From positions 248,001 to 312,000 of the forward strand of contig ML978125.1 of the NCBI GenBank assembly GCA_010015805.1: 64,000 nt of DNA, read 5' to 3'. This stretch comes from Rhizodiscina lignyota (lineage: Eukaryota). The position numbers and the translations under genes were made by a program. Positions 50,526 through 63,052 of this stretch are shown here, piece by piece. Positions within the stretch are counted from its first letter, which is position 1. Every line of letters begins with the position of its first letter. The notes under the pieces were generated by a model that worked only from the letters and a program-made list of their open reading frames with translations, searched no databases and was not told the origin of the DNA.

Positions 50526-51009
50526 GCTTGTTCGTTGCAGCAGTGGATGTTCAGAATCATCGGCATGGCATAGGCGTATTGGCGTTTCGGATTCGAGTGG
50601 AATAAGCGCTCTCGTAGGGTGAGAGATTATCGGATCAAATAGTGCTTTCTTAATAGGTTTCACAAAATGACGCCATCTTCCTCTCACTGATTATGCAGTT
50701 CTTCACAAAATGTAGGTATCCGATGACGGCAAGTTCTCCTTCTCGTTGGCAACCGAGAGGAACCGCGTGTCATGAGAGCAGTGGTTCACACTTAGGCTCG
50801 GGCGTGCTCGCACTACTCCCTCTGACGTACAGGCGAATCCTTTTCATATTTCATTTCACCTACCTGCATGTAGTACTTTCACCTCACTTGTTTCCCATGC
50901 TCAACCACGCAATCGTCTAACCGACTGGGGCAAGTTCATTCTATCTTAATTGCATCTATTGCAAGCTGTTTCATCTTTGCGCCAATCTATTGCTATATCG
51001 CCCCCAGTT

Positions 51010-53344
51010 ATGTCGCGTCGGGAATCACGCCCGCCTGAACTTCCACAGCTTCACTTCTCCCCACGTCCCCTCTCTGGCATTTGGCGATGGGGATCGGGTT
51101 ACTTCGGCAAGGACTTCAGAGGTAGCTGGATTGAACTCGATGGTCTCGAATCCGGGTCGAAAGACATGAATGAGAGCATCATAGATTACGGCCACCGATA
51201 TTCACGCACACCGAAGCAGGCGCTTGAGGTGATTCGAGATTCCACATCCACAGCAACAGAGGATACCCAATCGAGAACGGATTTGGGCGATATACCTGAC
51301 GTTACTCGAACTCAAACATTACCTACGCTTGCGAAGAATACTAGGAGCAGCAGCCGCGGCCGACGCCACGATTCTCAAGCGGCGAATAGCAGACAAGAGA
51401 GGTCGAAAAGTGAAAGTCAGGCCCACAATCACATCAAACGCCAGTATGAACCACGCGTGCCGTGCCATGCATCTCACCTCGCGCAGGTAGACAACACTGG
51501 CGTTGGTGTTGCCCGTGATCCGGCCTCTCTCGCATCACCATGGGTTCGCCGCTTCGCCATCACACCAGTACCACTGCCACCGAGAGCGCCGACGCCAATC
51601 TTCATGACACACGAATTCGATGCTGGTCACTTGAACGGACCAAATTTGCACGAACCTACAATGGAGCGGACAGAATCCAACATGAGCCGCTCTCAGAAAG
51701 AAGCTGATGACCTAGGAAACTCGTTTAAAGACTTCAGCGAAATTCACGCCCGCACCTCGAAATCATATTCTTCGAAGGTAGAGTCCCAACACGACACGAA
51801 CAGTACAATGGTAGAGAACAAGAGCGATACATTCCATCAACCATTCTCAAATACTCACAATCGAATAAGCATGGCCTCTAAGGCGGTATCAGAGATGTCT
51901 CGGTACCACGACGTTGACCTCGAACGCGGTGCCAGCGACCACTACAATGTCCCAGATACTGCCACAAACAACCGCTTCTCCAGGGCCACCATGTCCACCG
52001 ACCCGCTTGCCCTCTGTGACCCGCAACCACCTGGCGACTTCGAGCCGCCACCCGATGGTGGTTGGCTCGCTTGGCTACACGCTGTCTTCGGCGCGTTCGC
52101 CATCTTCAACTGCTGGGGCCTCAATCTGTCGTTCGGTGTGTTCGAAGCCTACTACAAGACGATCTACATTCCGAACCACTCGCACTCAACAATCGCATGG
52201 ATCGGGAGCATACAGCTCTTCCTGATCTTCTTCACAGCGATCGTTGTGGGAAGATGCTACGATTTTGGTTGGTCCAGAGTGTTCTTCACCGGCGGGAGTA
52301 TAGGATTGGTGATTGCGGTGTACTTGACGAGTCTGTGCAAGAGCTGGGGCGCACTTTTTGCTGTGCAGGGTATCCTGACGGGTATGATGCAGGGCATGGT
52401 GTTTTGCTCCGGCATCCTCGTCGTCACCGAGTACTTTGACAAGAATCTCGGATTAGCCATTGGCATTAGTGCAGCAGGGAGCAGTGTTGGAGGAATTGTG
52501 TACTCGCTCATGGCGCAGCATCTGCTTCTGACCGCCGGCTTTGAGAAGACAATTCAGTATATGGGCATTGTGGTCATCCTTACGATGATTCCGAGCAACA
52601 TCGTCTTGCGATCCAGAAGGAAGAAGAGATCGGGAAAGGCACAGCAAGCTGTCGTAGACTTCGGCTTCTTGCGAGATCCTTCGTACCTGATGCTGCTATG
52701 GGGAATGTTCTTTAGCTTCTGGTCCTTGTATTTCGGGTTCTACTACGTGAGTTTCTCCAATTTCGATCCTTTTGCTTACCACCAGCCCCTAGAAAAATCT
52801 GGATACTAAATCTTTATAGATCGTGTCCTACGCCTACAACGTCCTCCAACTCCCCCCAGAGCAAAGCACTAATGTTCTCCTTGTTATGCTCGCTGCGAAT
52901 CTCCCAGGCCGCTTCGTCCCTGCTCTGCTCTCTGACCGATGTCTCGGCCCGATCAACACCCTCATTCCCTCTGTCCTGATCACAGCTCTCGTCATCTTCC
53001 TCTGGATCGGCACCAACACACCGTCAGGCCTGTACATCCTCGGCGCATTCTACGGCTTCGCGTCCGCTGGCCTGCAGTCGTTATTCTCGCCTGCTATAAC
53101 CGAGTTTTGCAGGGGTGATGATGGCACGAAGGGCCTTAAGAATGCGGTGGTGTTTGTAGCAATCGGGCTGGCATGCTTAACAGGGACGCCTATTGGTGGC
53201 GCTCTGATCGATTCTGGAAACACGCCAGAGGGACTGCCATATCTTTGGGCGCAGATCTTTGCCGGAGGCGCGATGACGTTAGGAGGCATTTGCTTTATAG
53301 CAAGTAGGGTCATGAAGGTTGGATGGGGGCCGGTAAGGACATGA
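51010..53344 (+). CDS. MFS monocarboxylate-transporter family (Mch4/Mch5-like) with a long N-terminal extension, 1 intron
   Basis: PPPDGGWLAW, WGLNLSFGVF, AWIGSIQ, EYFDKNLGLAIGISAAGSSVGG, PGRFVPALLSD and LTGTPIGGALI motifs. Confidence 0.9.
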
Positions 53345-53776
53345 GATGGTGTGTGTTGCAGTTTCCTCTAGTGGCACATGTGCATAAGAATGGAGTGGGA
53401 TCTACGGAATTTGGGATGTTTACTGCCGATTGTGAAACGGCAATGTCGGACTGGAAGCCCTCAACGGCACCGTTGCTGAATCCCTTCTCGAACTTCGACA
53501 TGGGACTGCACTGACTGGAGTTCTATAGCTGCACGGCTCTGTGGAAATGCCCACGGCATACGATAACGGGATAGCCCTCAACGGCAGAGTGTGGCCATGT
53601 TAAGGAGTGCATTTTGGGGTTATTTATGAGCTTCCTTTGCTTCAGTTTGATACCACATCTGCAGGCCCATGAAAAGGAGTAGTTTCTTAATAATAACGGA
53701 AATGATTTCCTTTAAACTTTCAAAATTTCAACGTTTGCATAGATACTGCAGACTTCGCGTAGCTCCACATCCATGC

Positions 53777-53822
53777 CCGCCTCCGTGTCCGCCTCCGTGT
53801 CCGCCTCCGTGTCCGCCTCCGT
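53777..53822. repeat. 12-bp tandem repeat (CCGCCTCCGTGT) x about 3.8
   Basis: Read directly. One minus-strand frame reads (GGGH)4. Confidence 0.85.
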
Positions 53823-53890
53823 CATTCGCGAAGCTCTGCATCGGATACTTCATAAGTCTTCCAAAAAGAGCCAACGTGCTTAACACATGG

Positions 53891-54076
53891 TTACTTACAA
53901 AACCTCACCATCCTGCGCTCATTGCAGAACTGGACGCAGCCAACACTGGCCTGGCAGCACTCGGTGGCTTGATCGTTGAGTGGGCACTCTACCTCACCTG
54001 GAGGGCAGTTGCCTTGAGATTGTGCTGAGACAAAGACAGCAGCAAACAGAAGGACGGTTGCGGCGAAGAGCTTCAT
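53891..54076 (-). CDS. Small secreted cysteine-rich peptide (61 aa if unspliced)
   Basis: Signal peptide MKLFAATVLLFAAVFVSA, pattern C-x6-C-x8-CC-x5-C-x3-C, start context CAAA-ATG and TATATAA about 110 bp upstream. Confidence 0.75.
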   Translation of the reverse strand: MKLFAATVLLFAAVFVSAQSQGNCPPGEVECPLNDQATECCQASVGCVQFCNERRMVRFCK

Positions 54077-54947
54077 TTTGAGCTGAATAGGCAATGAAAT
54101 TTGAAGAGATCGTTCAGTGCTTGATAATGGTGTATTGAGATTTCCCATGCGCTTGTTCCGCATAATGACTCCTACATTGGACTTATATATTTGTTTTATG
54201 AAGATACCGTTCTAGTGTCTGCTCCATCGGCCGCTCACCGTTACAGACTACAGTCATTGCGCTTGATGGTTACTGTGGTAGGGTAACGGCGTAGGCATAT
54301 AGTGAAGATGTGGAATCTTTTAGAGTTATTACTTCAAATGGACGTGTGGAGAAGTGAGACAATGACATTTAATCACCGAATCTGCCAAGCGATGTGACAA
54401 TTCGATGTCACTATCTCTTTTAGAATGAAATGTGGAAAGGGATGGAGAAATTGCGGGGAATTTGTGGAGGCGGATACGAGACCTACGAGCCGAGCCGTGA
54501 CACTCAATGTCAGAGCATGGTTTAACTGGACCGTTCAAATTTTAGCCGAACTGCCTTTATGTATTTCGAACATATCTGGACCTAAAACAATGAAACGGTA
54601 ATATATCCGGGAGAAGAGAAAGCTTTATGGATTTGCAAGCGCCTCATGGGCACCGTTCAACAGATACCGAGTGGACTATCGTTTAAAGGAATAAAAGGAA
54701 TCGTCGAAAACAAGATTACTAGCTGAAAAGGGCTCCCATTTCGCAAATGCCGTGCATAAGATCGGGCTGACTGACCGGCTACTTCTGACACGTTATGAGC
54801 GTTTGAGGAGAACTCGATGTTACCGAAAAGTCAGCAAGGAACAAGCCCCATCTCAAATCCCGCAGTTTAAGAAATCGCTCCAATTGAAGACGTCTGGAGG
54901 GGACTCAGAGGAAGACAGTGCCCAAGGATATCAGGTCCGTGTCGAGT

Positions 54948-55783
54948 CTACCGAAAGATGATTGCATTTTCCACACATGCCTCATCACACGCAACTGGTG
55001 GTAGTCCGTCCCTTCTATTGTCAGTTGGCAGCACCCTGGTCTGCTTGGCCAGCGTAGTGAGATGCGGAACACACAAGTCTTTGATAGCCTTGATGATTGC
55101 TGAGTAAGTCTCATCTCTTGGGCCATTCTTCTTGCGATAGTTGATGTCCAGACACGCCGCGTATCCCGAGGTTGCGTTGCTCGGTGGGACTGTAGTCTCA
55201 TACGTGACAAACCACTCAACGCTGTCGGTGTCGAAGCCCCATGCCAACATCTCTAATGAATTGGCGACTTCGCTCAATCTTCCCGTTCCTCTGAAATTAA
55301 TGACATTCGGGACGTCGGAGCGGAGATAGTCGTAGCCAAAACCTGTGAAGATCTCGGGGTTGCTCGTATTGATCGAGTTCCAAGATACCAAGTCGATCGT
55401 AGGCGGATTAGAAGCATTGATGTTTGCGTTGGAGGGAAGACCAGGATAAGAGCCAGATGGAAAGACAGGGTATGAGTCATACTGAAAGTTGGCAATCTGG
55501 AAATAGGCTGGGTTACTGGAGTGAGTGACCCACCAATGGCCATATGTGAAACCGATGGGAGCTGGAATCCACTTTTCGTTTGCCGGAGATTTTATATCAA
55601 GCGTCGGTGGAGGACGAACGAGCACAGAGTTTGAAGATGGGCATTTCTTTGAGAGTCCATCATACCCTGTCGAGGCAGCATGAGTGCCAAGAAGAGTAAG
55701 TACTATAATGATTGTCAGTGATTATCTGCGCACATCGTCACCGTACGGATATATGTACATGCTAGCAGAACTGTAAATGGCAT
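54948..55783 (-). CDS. Secreted protein, possibly calycin/lipocalin-like beta-barrel (1 intron)
   Basis: An intron (GTACAT..CTGAC..TAG) yields the signal peptide MPFTVLLALLTLLGTHAAS. GHWWVTHSS resembles the lipocalin GxW motif; FRGTGRL, LAWG and LDINYRK are also present. Confidence 0.7.
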
Positions 55784-56645
55784 TGTTGAGATTGATTGAT
55801 AGTGAACCTTGAGAATAATGCTGGAATTGGTGGAGCATATGAAAGAAGATATATTACTAGTGATGCTTTAATTGAGAAGAAAATGGTCATCGTAAGCTTG
55901 TGAGAATTGCTGGATTGGGATAACAGCTGCATAGAAAAAAGACCAATCATGCCAAGACACATCTTTTGTACTACAAAATGAATGAGAATATTATCGAAGT
56001 GCAGTATGGCCATGCAAGCCTCCATCGATCCTCGCCTATTCGTGAGAGGTACGCAATCAAAAGGCTTGTAAGGCTCTCCGGGAAATTCAGATTCTAGGTG
56101 TCAAAAGACTTGAAAATACGTCAATCGCTGGAAACAGAGTTTGAAGGAGAGGTCTCAAAACATCGAAGGATGGCCTGGACGCAATACCTAGCATCCACGG
56201 AGTGACCGCCGCTTTGCGTGATGATGCTCTTCGTCCGTTACCTCCATCTTGAACCCGGACAAGGGCTTGCATACGCCCTATGCACCCCAATATCGTTCGC
56301 ATGTGCGTTCACGATAATGCTTTTACGCCACGTTTGCATTGAGTGAAGACTGTTGTCGTTCCGCGGAATCTCTCCCTGATGACATGGAGTTAAGAGAGGT
56401 TGAGGAAGGATACGTACGAAACGGGAAAGGCTTGTCTGACTTCGGCTGGGCCGAGGCTGCTTCAATGTCTCAACATCAACCTTCAGCAGCTTGCCGAACA
56501 GTGCCGCCTTCCAAGTCTACCTTCGAATTTTTTTCCCTTAGGGTTGCGTACTAATGTCGAGATCTTGAGTCAATGTATGAAAATCCTTCTTAATCCTTAG
56601 AAAATACGTTTTAAAGAGGCGCGTGGGATTACGACTGCAGGGAAC

Positions 56646-58010
56646 ATGGCGCCTACAAATTACAACTACGACTACTTTAACGTCTCCTTTCCTGCCGAAT
56701 ATGTTGCATACGTCGAGATTAATAGGCCGGAGAAGTTGAACGCGTTCATTGAAGTGTAAGTGATAGTGAACATACTTTCTTTACAATGCAGTGGATGGAA
56801 CGCCCATAAAGCACCCTTGTAATGTCCGGCTGAGGGTCTGCTTTCGTACACGAATTCTTATTCTCATGGGCGTCGAATTATTCTATCAAATTGTTCAATC
56901 TGTGCACACCTAGTAGTTTCCGGCTTTCCGCATGCTAGGACAGCGTCGCCACTCATGGCACGGCAGTACACTTACTGACCACTTTCAGGATGTGGATAAA
57001 CCTTGGCAAAATCATCAATGGTCTCTCCCACGATCCAGATGTTAGAGCGATAGTCCTCTGCTCCGCTGGAGATAAGGCGTTTACAGCAGGTCTGGACGTT
57101 CAGGTATGCGGGGCGGGGACGACAACACGTGCACTATCTGACAACCACAGGCTGCCTCAGAGGGCATGTTGAAACGTGACGGAAATGATGCTGCCCGAGT
57201 GCGACCGCCTTACTTCCGTTCTGTACATACTGCAATACTAATAGTGTGACAGATAGCCAACACTATTCGCCGCCACATACTAGAATTCCAAGACTGCATC
57301 ACAACGCTAGAAAAGTGCGAGAAGCGTAAGTATTCGCTTGCCCTTGGATTTCTCCGTTTTTAGAAATGACTAACTTCTACTCAGCTATCATAACCCTACT
57401 CCATGGATATTCATTTGGCCTCGCTATCGACATGTCCGTCTCGACAGACATTCGTCTCTGCGTCGGAGATACACGCTTCTCCGTCAAAGAAGTCGACATT
57501 GGATTGGCTGCAGATATTGGGACCCTCACTCGGCTTCCCAAGGCTGTAGGGAACTACAGCTGGGTCAAGGACGTCTGTCTCACTGCCCGTGTCTTCGGTG
57601 CTGACGAAGCGCTGCGAGTCGGGTTTGTCAGTGGCGTGTATCCATCCAAGGACGAAGGCATGAAAGCCGCGATCGAATTGGCCAAGCTGATTGCTTCGAA
57701 GAGTCCGGTGGCCACCATGGGCACAAAGGAGATCTTGAACTTCAGTCGGGACAGGCCCGTAGAAGATGGTACGTACGATCTCGATGCTCTGCCGAATGGA
57801 CCTGCGACATTGGCGCAGTGACAGATTGCCGTGCGCATGTGCAGGGCTCTCGACACTCTCCGCGAAATTCTTTGAAACTGCAGCTGACTTGCACTCCCAG
57901 GTCTTCGCTATACGGCCATATGGAATGGAGCGATGGTCCAGACACAAGATGTAAAGGACGCTGTACTGTCCGGCTTGCAGCGGCGTAAACCTACTTTCTC
58001 TAAACTCTAG
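56646..58010 (+). CDS. ECH1: Peroxisomal delta3,5-delta2,4-dienoyl-CoA isomerase (crotonase family; multi-exon)
   Basis: EINRPEKLNAF, AFTAGLDV, FSVKEVDIGLAADIGTL and KSPVA motifs, with C-terminal PTS1 ...KPTFSKL*. Confidence 0.9.
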
Positions 58011-58829
58011 GACAGGCGGAGCATTCCAGGGGTGCGTATTCAGCGTGGAGCGACTTCGATTAAGAGAGTAGGACCGAAATGACTTTGTTACGCCTTCAAT
58101 GGCAAATCAATGAAATCATGGCGACCTCAGAGTCTCCGATGCACATTACTGTACAAATAGTCGATTTTGGAGAAATCAATGGGATCAGCTTGTCATAATA
58201 CCTTTACAATTCCTTAGGTCAATCCAGGTGAGGACTTGGGGTGTGTCTATATTCGGGCCGTATCATCATCGGGCCGAAGTCAGCATCATGTCCTATGCCA
58301 CCTAGCATGGCCGCTCTCTACAATACACAGGTAAAATGGCTTCTCTCTGCATTGCATACATTAATCCAATGAAGGCTTGTAAAGCTTGATCGAGAACATC
58401 GCTATGATCTGCAACGCCCTGAATATCACTTCGGACTTTGGAGAACAACTCGGCGAGCCGAAGCCGCGTCCCATGACTAATTATCATGCACCTCTTCAGC
58501 TGTACCAGAAGCAGCACCACTGATCCGGATTCGTTCTAAACTGCTTCTCAATGTGAACCCTGCCGGAATTTTGGGCATGCAGTAAATCCGGTGTAGATTC
58601 CGAAAGTGCAATCATGTTCCTCTCGTAGAGTAAACAAATTCGCCACAGGGCAGATCTGCCACTTGCTCGTGGACAGCATCGATCTAATACCCACCTGAAG
58701 CCTGTAGTAGTTCCTCTATATATATCCTCATAGTTCAAAGCCATCCTCTACTTAATATTCTTCTCCACTTTCAAACTCGGTTCTTTCCAATCAGTGCAGC
58801 TACATACTCCCAGACATACCGCTTCCACG

Positions 58830-59789
58830 ATGGCAAATTCTCAAGAGCACCCAAAGCGTTCACTTATGGGTTCGTGAATCCTTAGTGTAGCTTCAGGCTA
58901 AGTCAACACCAGCTGACTCCCTCAAGGGTTTGACTTCACTCCGACGATCCACAATGATACCTATCCCTTTATCGACCCCAGGTCGCAAAATATGAGTGGC
59001 ATCTCAGTCCTCGTGACCGGCGCCTCGAGAGGGATCGGCCGTGCAACATGCCTATCCTATGCCCGCGCTGGCGTCTCTAACATCGCCGTGGGGGCTCGCT
59101 CTTCGCTGGACTCGCTAGTCGAGGATATTAATGCCGCTGCTAAAGAAGCAGGCAAGCCGGAACCAAAGGTCCTCCCCCTGACTCTCGACATCACCGACGA
59201 GAGCAGTGTTGAGGCCGCGCGTGCTTCTGTAGAAAAAGAGTTTGGCCGCCTCGACATCCTATATAACAACGGCGGATACCTTGAACCATTTTTGCCTGTT
59301 ACGGAAAGCAGAACGGACGAGTGGTGGTACACTATGACTGTCAATATCAAAGGTCCCTATCTCGTGACAAAAGCATTCATCCCTCTGCTGCTCCGTACCT
59401 CGAACGGCTTGAAAACCGTGCTCAATGCGGCGTCCGTAGGGCTGCACACGGTGCGGGCAGGGGGATCTGGGTATCAGGGGTCGAAGTTGTGGGTCATGCG
59501 TTTCGGCGAGTATCTCATGAAAGAGTATGGAGATCAGGGATTACTAGCATTTTGCATTCATCCTGGCAGCGTCATGACGGAGCTGGCATCGGGAATGCCG
59601 AAGGAGATGCATCATGTTCTTGTTGACACGCCAGAGTTGAGCGGTGATAGCATTATGTGGTTGACGAAGGAGAGACGTGAGTGGCTTAACGGGAGGTATG
59701 CGAGTGTTGAGTGGGATATGGCGGAGTTGGAGGGTATGCAGAAGGAGATTGTTGAGAGGGATTTGCTCAAGATGAGGATGACTGTTTAG
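58830..59789 (+). CDS. Short-chain dehydrogenase/reductase (1 intron)
   Basis: FTPTIHNDTYPFIDP N-terminus, VTGASRGIG, NNGG, YQGSK (YxxxK), HPGSVMT and WLNGRY..WD motifs. Confidence 0.9.
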
Positions 59790-59977
59790 AAGCCTCACAG
59801 TAACGAGGACATGCACAGAATCAACGAATATCTCCCCTCTTCATCAAAAATACCTTATTTCGGTATGCCTGTTCGAGCCTAGCTACACAACCTGTGCGCC
59901 GGAACAGTGCCCCCTGGAAAATGTGTAATGCAAAGTCATTCGCTTCGTCCCCATCGTCCGATGCTAAACGTGCTCTC

Positions 59978-61177
59978 TTAACCTCTCGACATGACTCCCC
60001 AAGCGCGGATCTTGTTGTCCGTGTATCCAGCGAACAGCGTTTGGCCATCCGCGCTCCACGCCAAGCTCACGCACTCAGGCTCTCTGCTCTTCTTGCCAAC
60101 CTCAACATATTCAGGCTTCAGCTCGTCGACCTTGCTTTTCTTCTCGAGGTCAAAGATTATGATGCTGCTTGCAGTCGCAGCGCAGAGCCAGTATCGGTTC
60201 GGGGAGAAGACGAGAGCGTGAATTTCGTCGCCAGCGGTGAGGGAGTACAGGTGCTTGGACTCGTTCAAGTCCCACAACATCGTCGTACCATCCTTACCTC
60301 CAGATGCGCAGAGCGAGCCGTCGGGAGAGATGGTAACAGTGTTGATGTAACCGGTGTGACCGATGTGGTCAGTCTGGATCTTGCAGGTTGCGAGTTCCCA
60401 GACCTGATTGGGGATTCGTCAGTCTTGATCCCAAAGTTTATCCTTGAATATCAAGAGAAAAGATGGGGGAACTCGAATCAGTGCGCCGGTGTAGTTTGTC
60501 TCATAGCCAAAAGGCTCTGAAGTAGCAAATACTTTAAAAAAAATTGCATAGCATCATTTGGGCAAGGCTATTTCTATGAATGAAAGGGCCGCAACTAACC
60601 TTGACCAGCTTATCCCAGCCTGCGCTCACAATCACTGGGTTCTGCGGGTTCGGAGAGAACCTAACGCAGCTTACCCACTCAGTGTGGCCGTGGTCCGTGA
60701 TGGTAAACTTGCAATCACCCAAGGTGTTCCACAGCTTGATCGTGCGGTCACGCGAGCCAGACACAATCTGGCGGTTGTCGGCGGAGAAGGAGACGGAGAG
60801 GACATCGTTGGTGTGGCCAACGAAACGGCGAGTAGTGATACCGGTGGAGAGTTCCCAGAGACGAAGGGTCTTGTCCCAGGAGGAGGAGAGTGCGTATGCG
60901 CCGTCGGAGGAAATTACGCAGTCGGAGACGATGTGAGAATGGCCGTGTAAGCTTCGCTTTGGGTAACCGTAGGAAGATTCATCGCGGGTGAGGTTCCAGA
61001 TGATAAGAGTCTTGTCACGACTACCAGAAAGAAGCATGTTGGGGCTATGATCGCTGTTAGCTTTTTGACGACTTCCTTGAAGCCGACTTGAACGTACTTC
61101 TCCAAGGATGTCGCCAGCGATGTGACCCATCCTGAATGGCCCTCGAGGGTTCCCCTCAACACCAATTGCTCAGCCAT
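59978..61177 (-). CDS. ASC1: RACK1 / cpc-2 / Asc1, G-beta-like WD40 ribosomal scaffold (2 introns)
   Basis: [61 protein letters not shown] and [15 protein letters not shown]. Confidence 0.97.
60474..60561 (-). ncRNA. snR24: Intronic box C/D snoRNA U24 (snR24) in the RACK1 intron
   Basis: On the minus strand: box C AUGAUG (60557-60552), guide UAUUUGCUACUU followed by D' CAGA (60531-60516), C'-like AUGAGA and box D CUGA (60481-60478). The guide is complementary to the LSU rRNA sequence AGUAGCAAAUA. U24 is the known passenger of ASC1/cpcB introns. Confidence 0.85.
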
Positions 61178-62477
61178 GTTTGGAAGACAAGCGAAGGAGC
61201 GTGAAGTTGAGGTGTAGGTCAATTATTTCTCTCGCGCAACAGCTCGAAGTTTGGATAGCACAACGCCTGAATTCTGCGTGGGCCGGCCGGCGCCGGAAGC
61301 ACATTATACCGAAGGCTTGGCATCGACCTTGCACGTGATATGGCATAATCACGTTATTAGCTTCCAGTCTGGTGAATCAGCATTTACCAAGTGCGGCGGT
61401 GCGATTAATATTCTTGATGGGCGTTTACCTTGTTGGCCATCACTCTTGAATTCAATTTCAACCTCACTCCATCTTTCATTCCTGCCACCTACCATTTCCC
61501 GACCTTTTTCTAACTTAAGAAATCCTGGCAACGCCTGCAAATTGACCGCTTAATTTGTAGCTGCCGCCTTCATGCCCCACAGGCTCACACGTCCCCGCGC
61601 TCGGGCGACATCGCGTCCTTTGGAGCGACATCCCACTTTCACCCAGTGAGCCGTGGACTACGGAATACCGAAGAACTGCGGTGGCTGACCAGCCACGGCT
61701 TTGAACGATCTGACTACTTACTCCTCGGCGAGATTGCAGAAACGATTTTGACTAGAGCGGGCACATCAAGTGAGATTCTCAGTGGAGCTGATGTTGCAGA
61801 GGACCAGAAGTTGCGGCCGTAAATGTTGCTCGACTCGTTAAGCTTTGTTAAGGACCTTTGCTTCAATCAGCCTCCATTTAAGGATATTGGTCAGTAAGTA
61901 TAGCATCAATTGCTTCTCGGATTCAACATATTTGAATTTTACATGTTCTTGTTTCCGCATCTGGAAACTTGGCCTATTCAAGTTGTTGTACTTTTGATTG
62001 TTTCCAAATCATTCGGCAGGAAGGACTGGTTCAAGTTCGCCGACCTCGAGTGGATCAGCCAAGGCTTGACAGGCGCGGGAAGCTTATCTCGCCGTTTCGC
62101 ATCGGAATGTCTGGGCCCTCCATATGTCATTAGGCCAGTGGAGCACTTATTTCAAATTCCTGCCCTGCGCCGGCCGGTGCTCCTTCCGACCCAAGATCCA
62201 AGACGAGCTACGAGGCGAGGTAGCTAGGGAGGGCATTGTGTTGATCAACCCCGCATAGCAGCGCCGCTCCAACCTCCGGTGACGCGGATAATGTGTGTTT
62301 GCAATGCCCTAAGTATAAGTGCAGCAGGTATAAGTACCGGAACGTTCCCAATTCAGGTTCTGAACATTTTCTGTTACGTTGTTAATCCACAACTCTCCAA
62401 TTGAGCCATCCCACGACACTTAAGTGCAAAATATCTATTGTCCCAATCGTCTTGTCCAACTTCTCAATTCAACCAAA

Positions 62478-63052
62478 ATGCCTTCCGGGTCCTGCTTCTG
62501 CGGCGAGACAGGCGTCTCCTACACCGGTGATGTTGCTATGAAGGTTGGTGTAATCTGTTTCTAAAGAATCTCCAATTCTTCATCTCAATTTGCCCTCGCC
62601 ACAACTGCTCGAATGTCAATGGGAAGGTCCTGACAACTAGATGTAGGCGCTCTGTCACTGCAACGATTGCAAGAAGATCACCGGTTCCGTGTTCTCTACC
62701 AACATTGTTGTGCCAGGCGAGGGATTCGAAGTTAAGGGTAGCCCTAAATCGATCTCCAAGACCGCAGATACAGGGAACGAGATTACGAGCTACTTCTGCG
62801 GCAACTGTCCGTTCCCATCTCTCCAACTGCAACCCGGAGCTTTGCTGATATTTCACCTTTGCACTAGGCGGTACAACTCTATATCGTGACGGCGCAAGTT
62901 TCGGAACCATGAAAGTCATCAAGGCCGGTGTCATGGACGATGCGGATATCATAAACGGCACCGCAAAACCCGATGTTGAGTTGTATGCTCCATTGAGGAC
63001 CGCTTGGCAGCCAAAGCTGGATGGTTCGGCGGATAAGCAGAGCATGTCATAA
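62478..63052 (+). CDS. GFA/CENP-V (Mss4-like zinc-binding) protein, 2 introns
   Basis: GSCFCG, CHCNDCKK and FCGNC|GTTL motifs across canonical introns; stop TAA at 63050-63052. Confidence 0.9.

Noticed and set aside
53669..54028. Plus-strand ORF with a (PPPC)n repeat
   Set aside because: It is the antisense reading of the 12-bp repeat and the secreted-peptide gene. The minus strand has the signal peptide, TATA box and start context.
59894..60950. Plus-strand ORFs of 208 aa and 130 aa
   Set aside because: They are antisense to the strongly codon-biased RACK1 gene.
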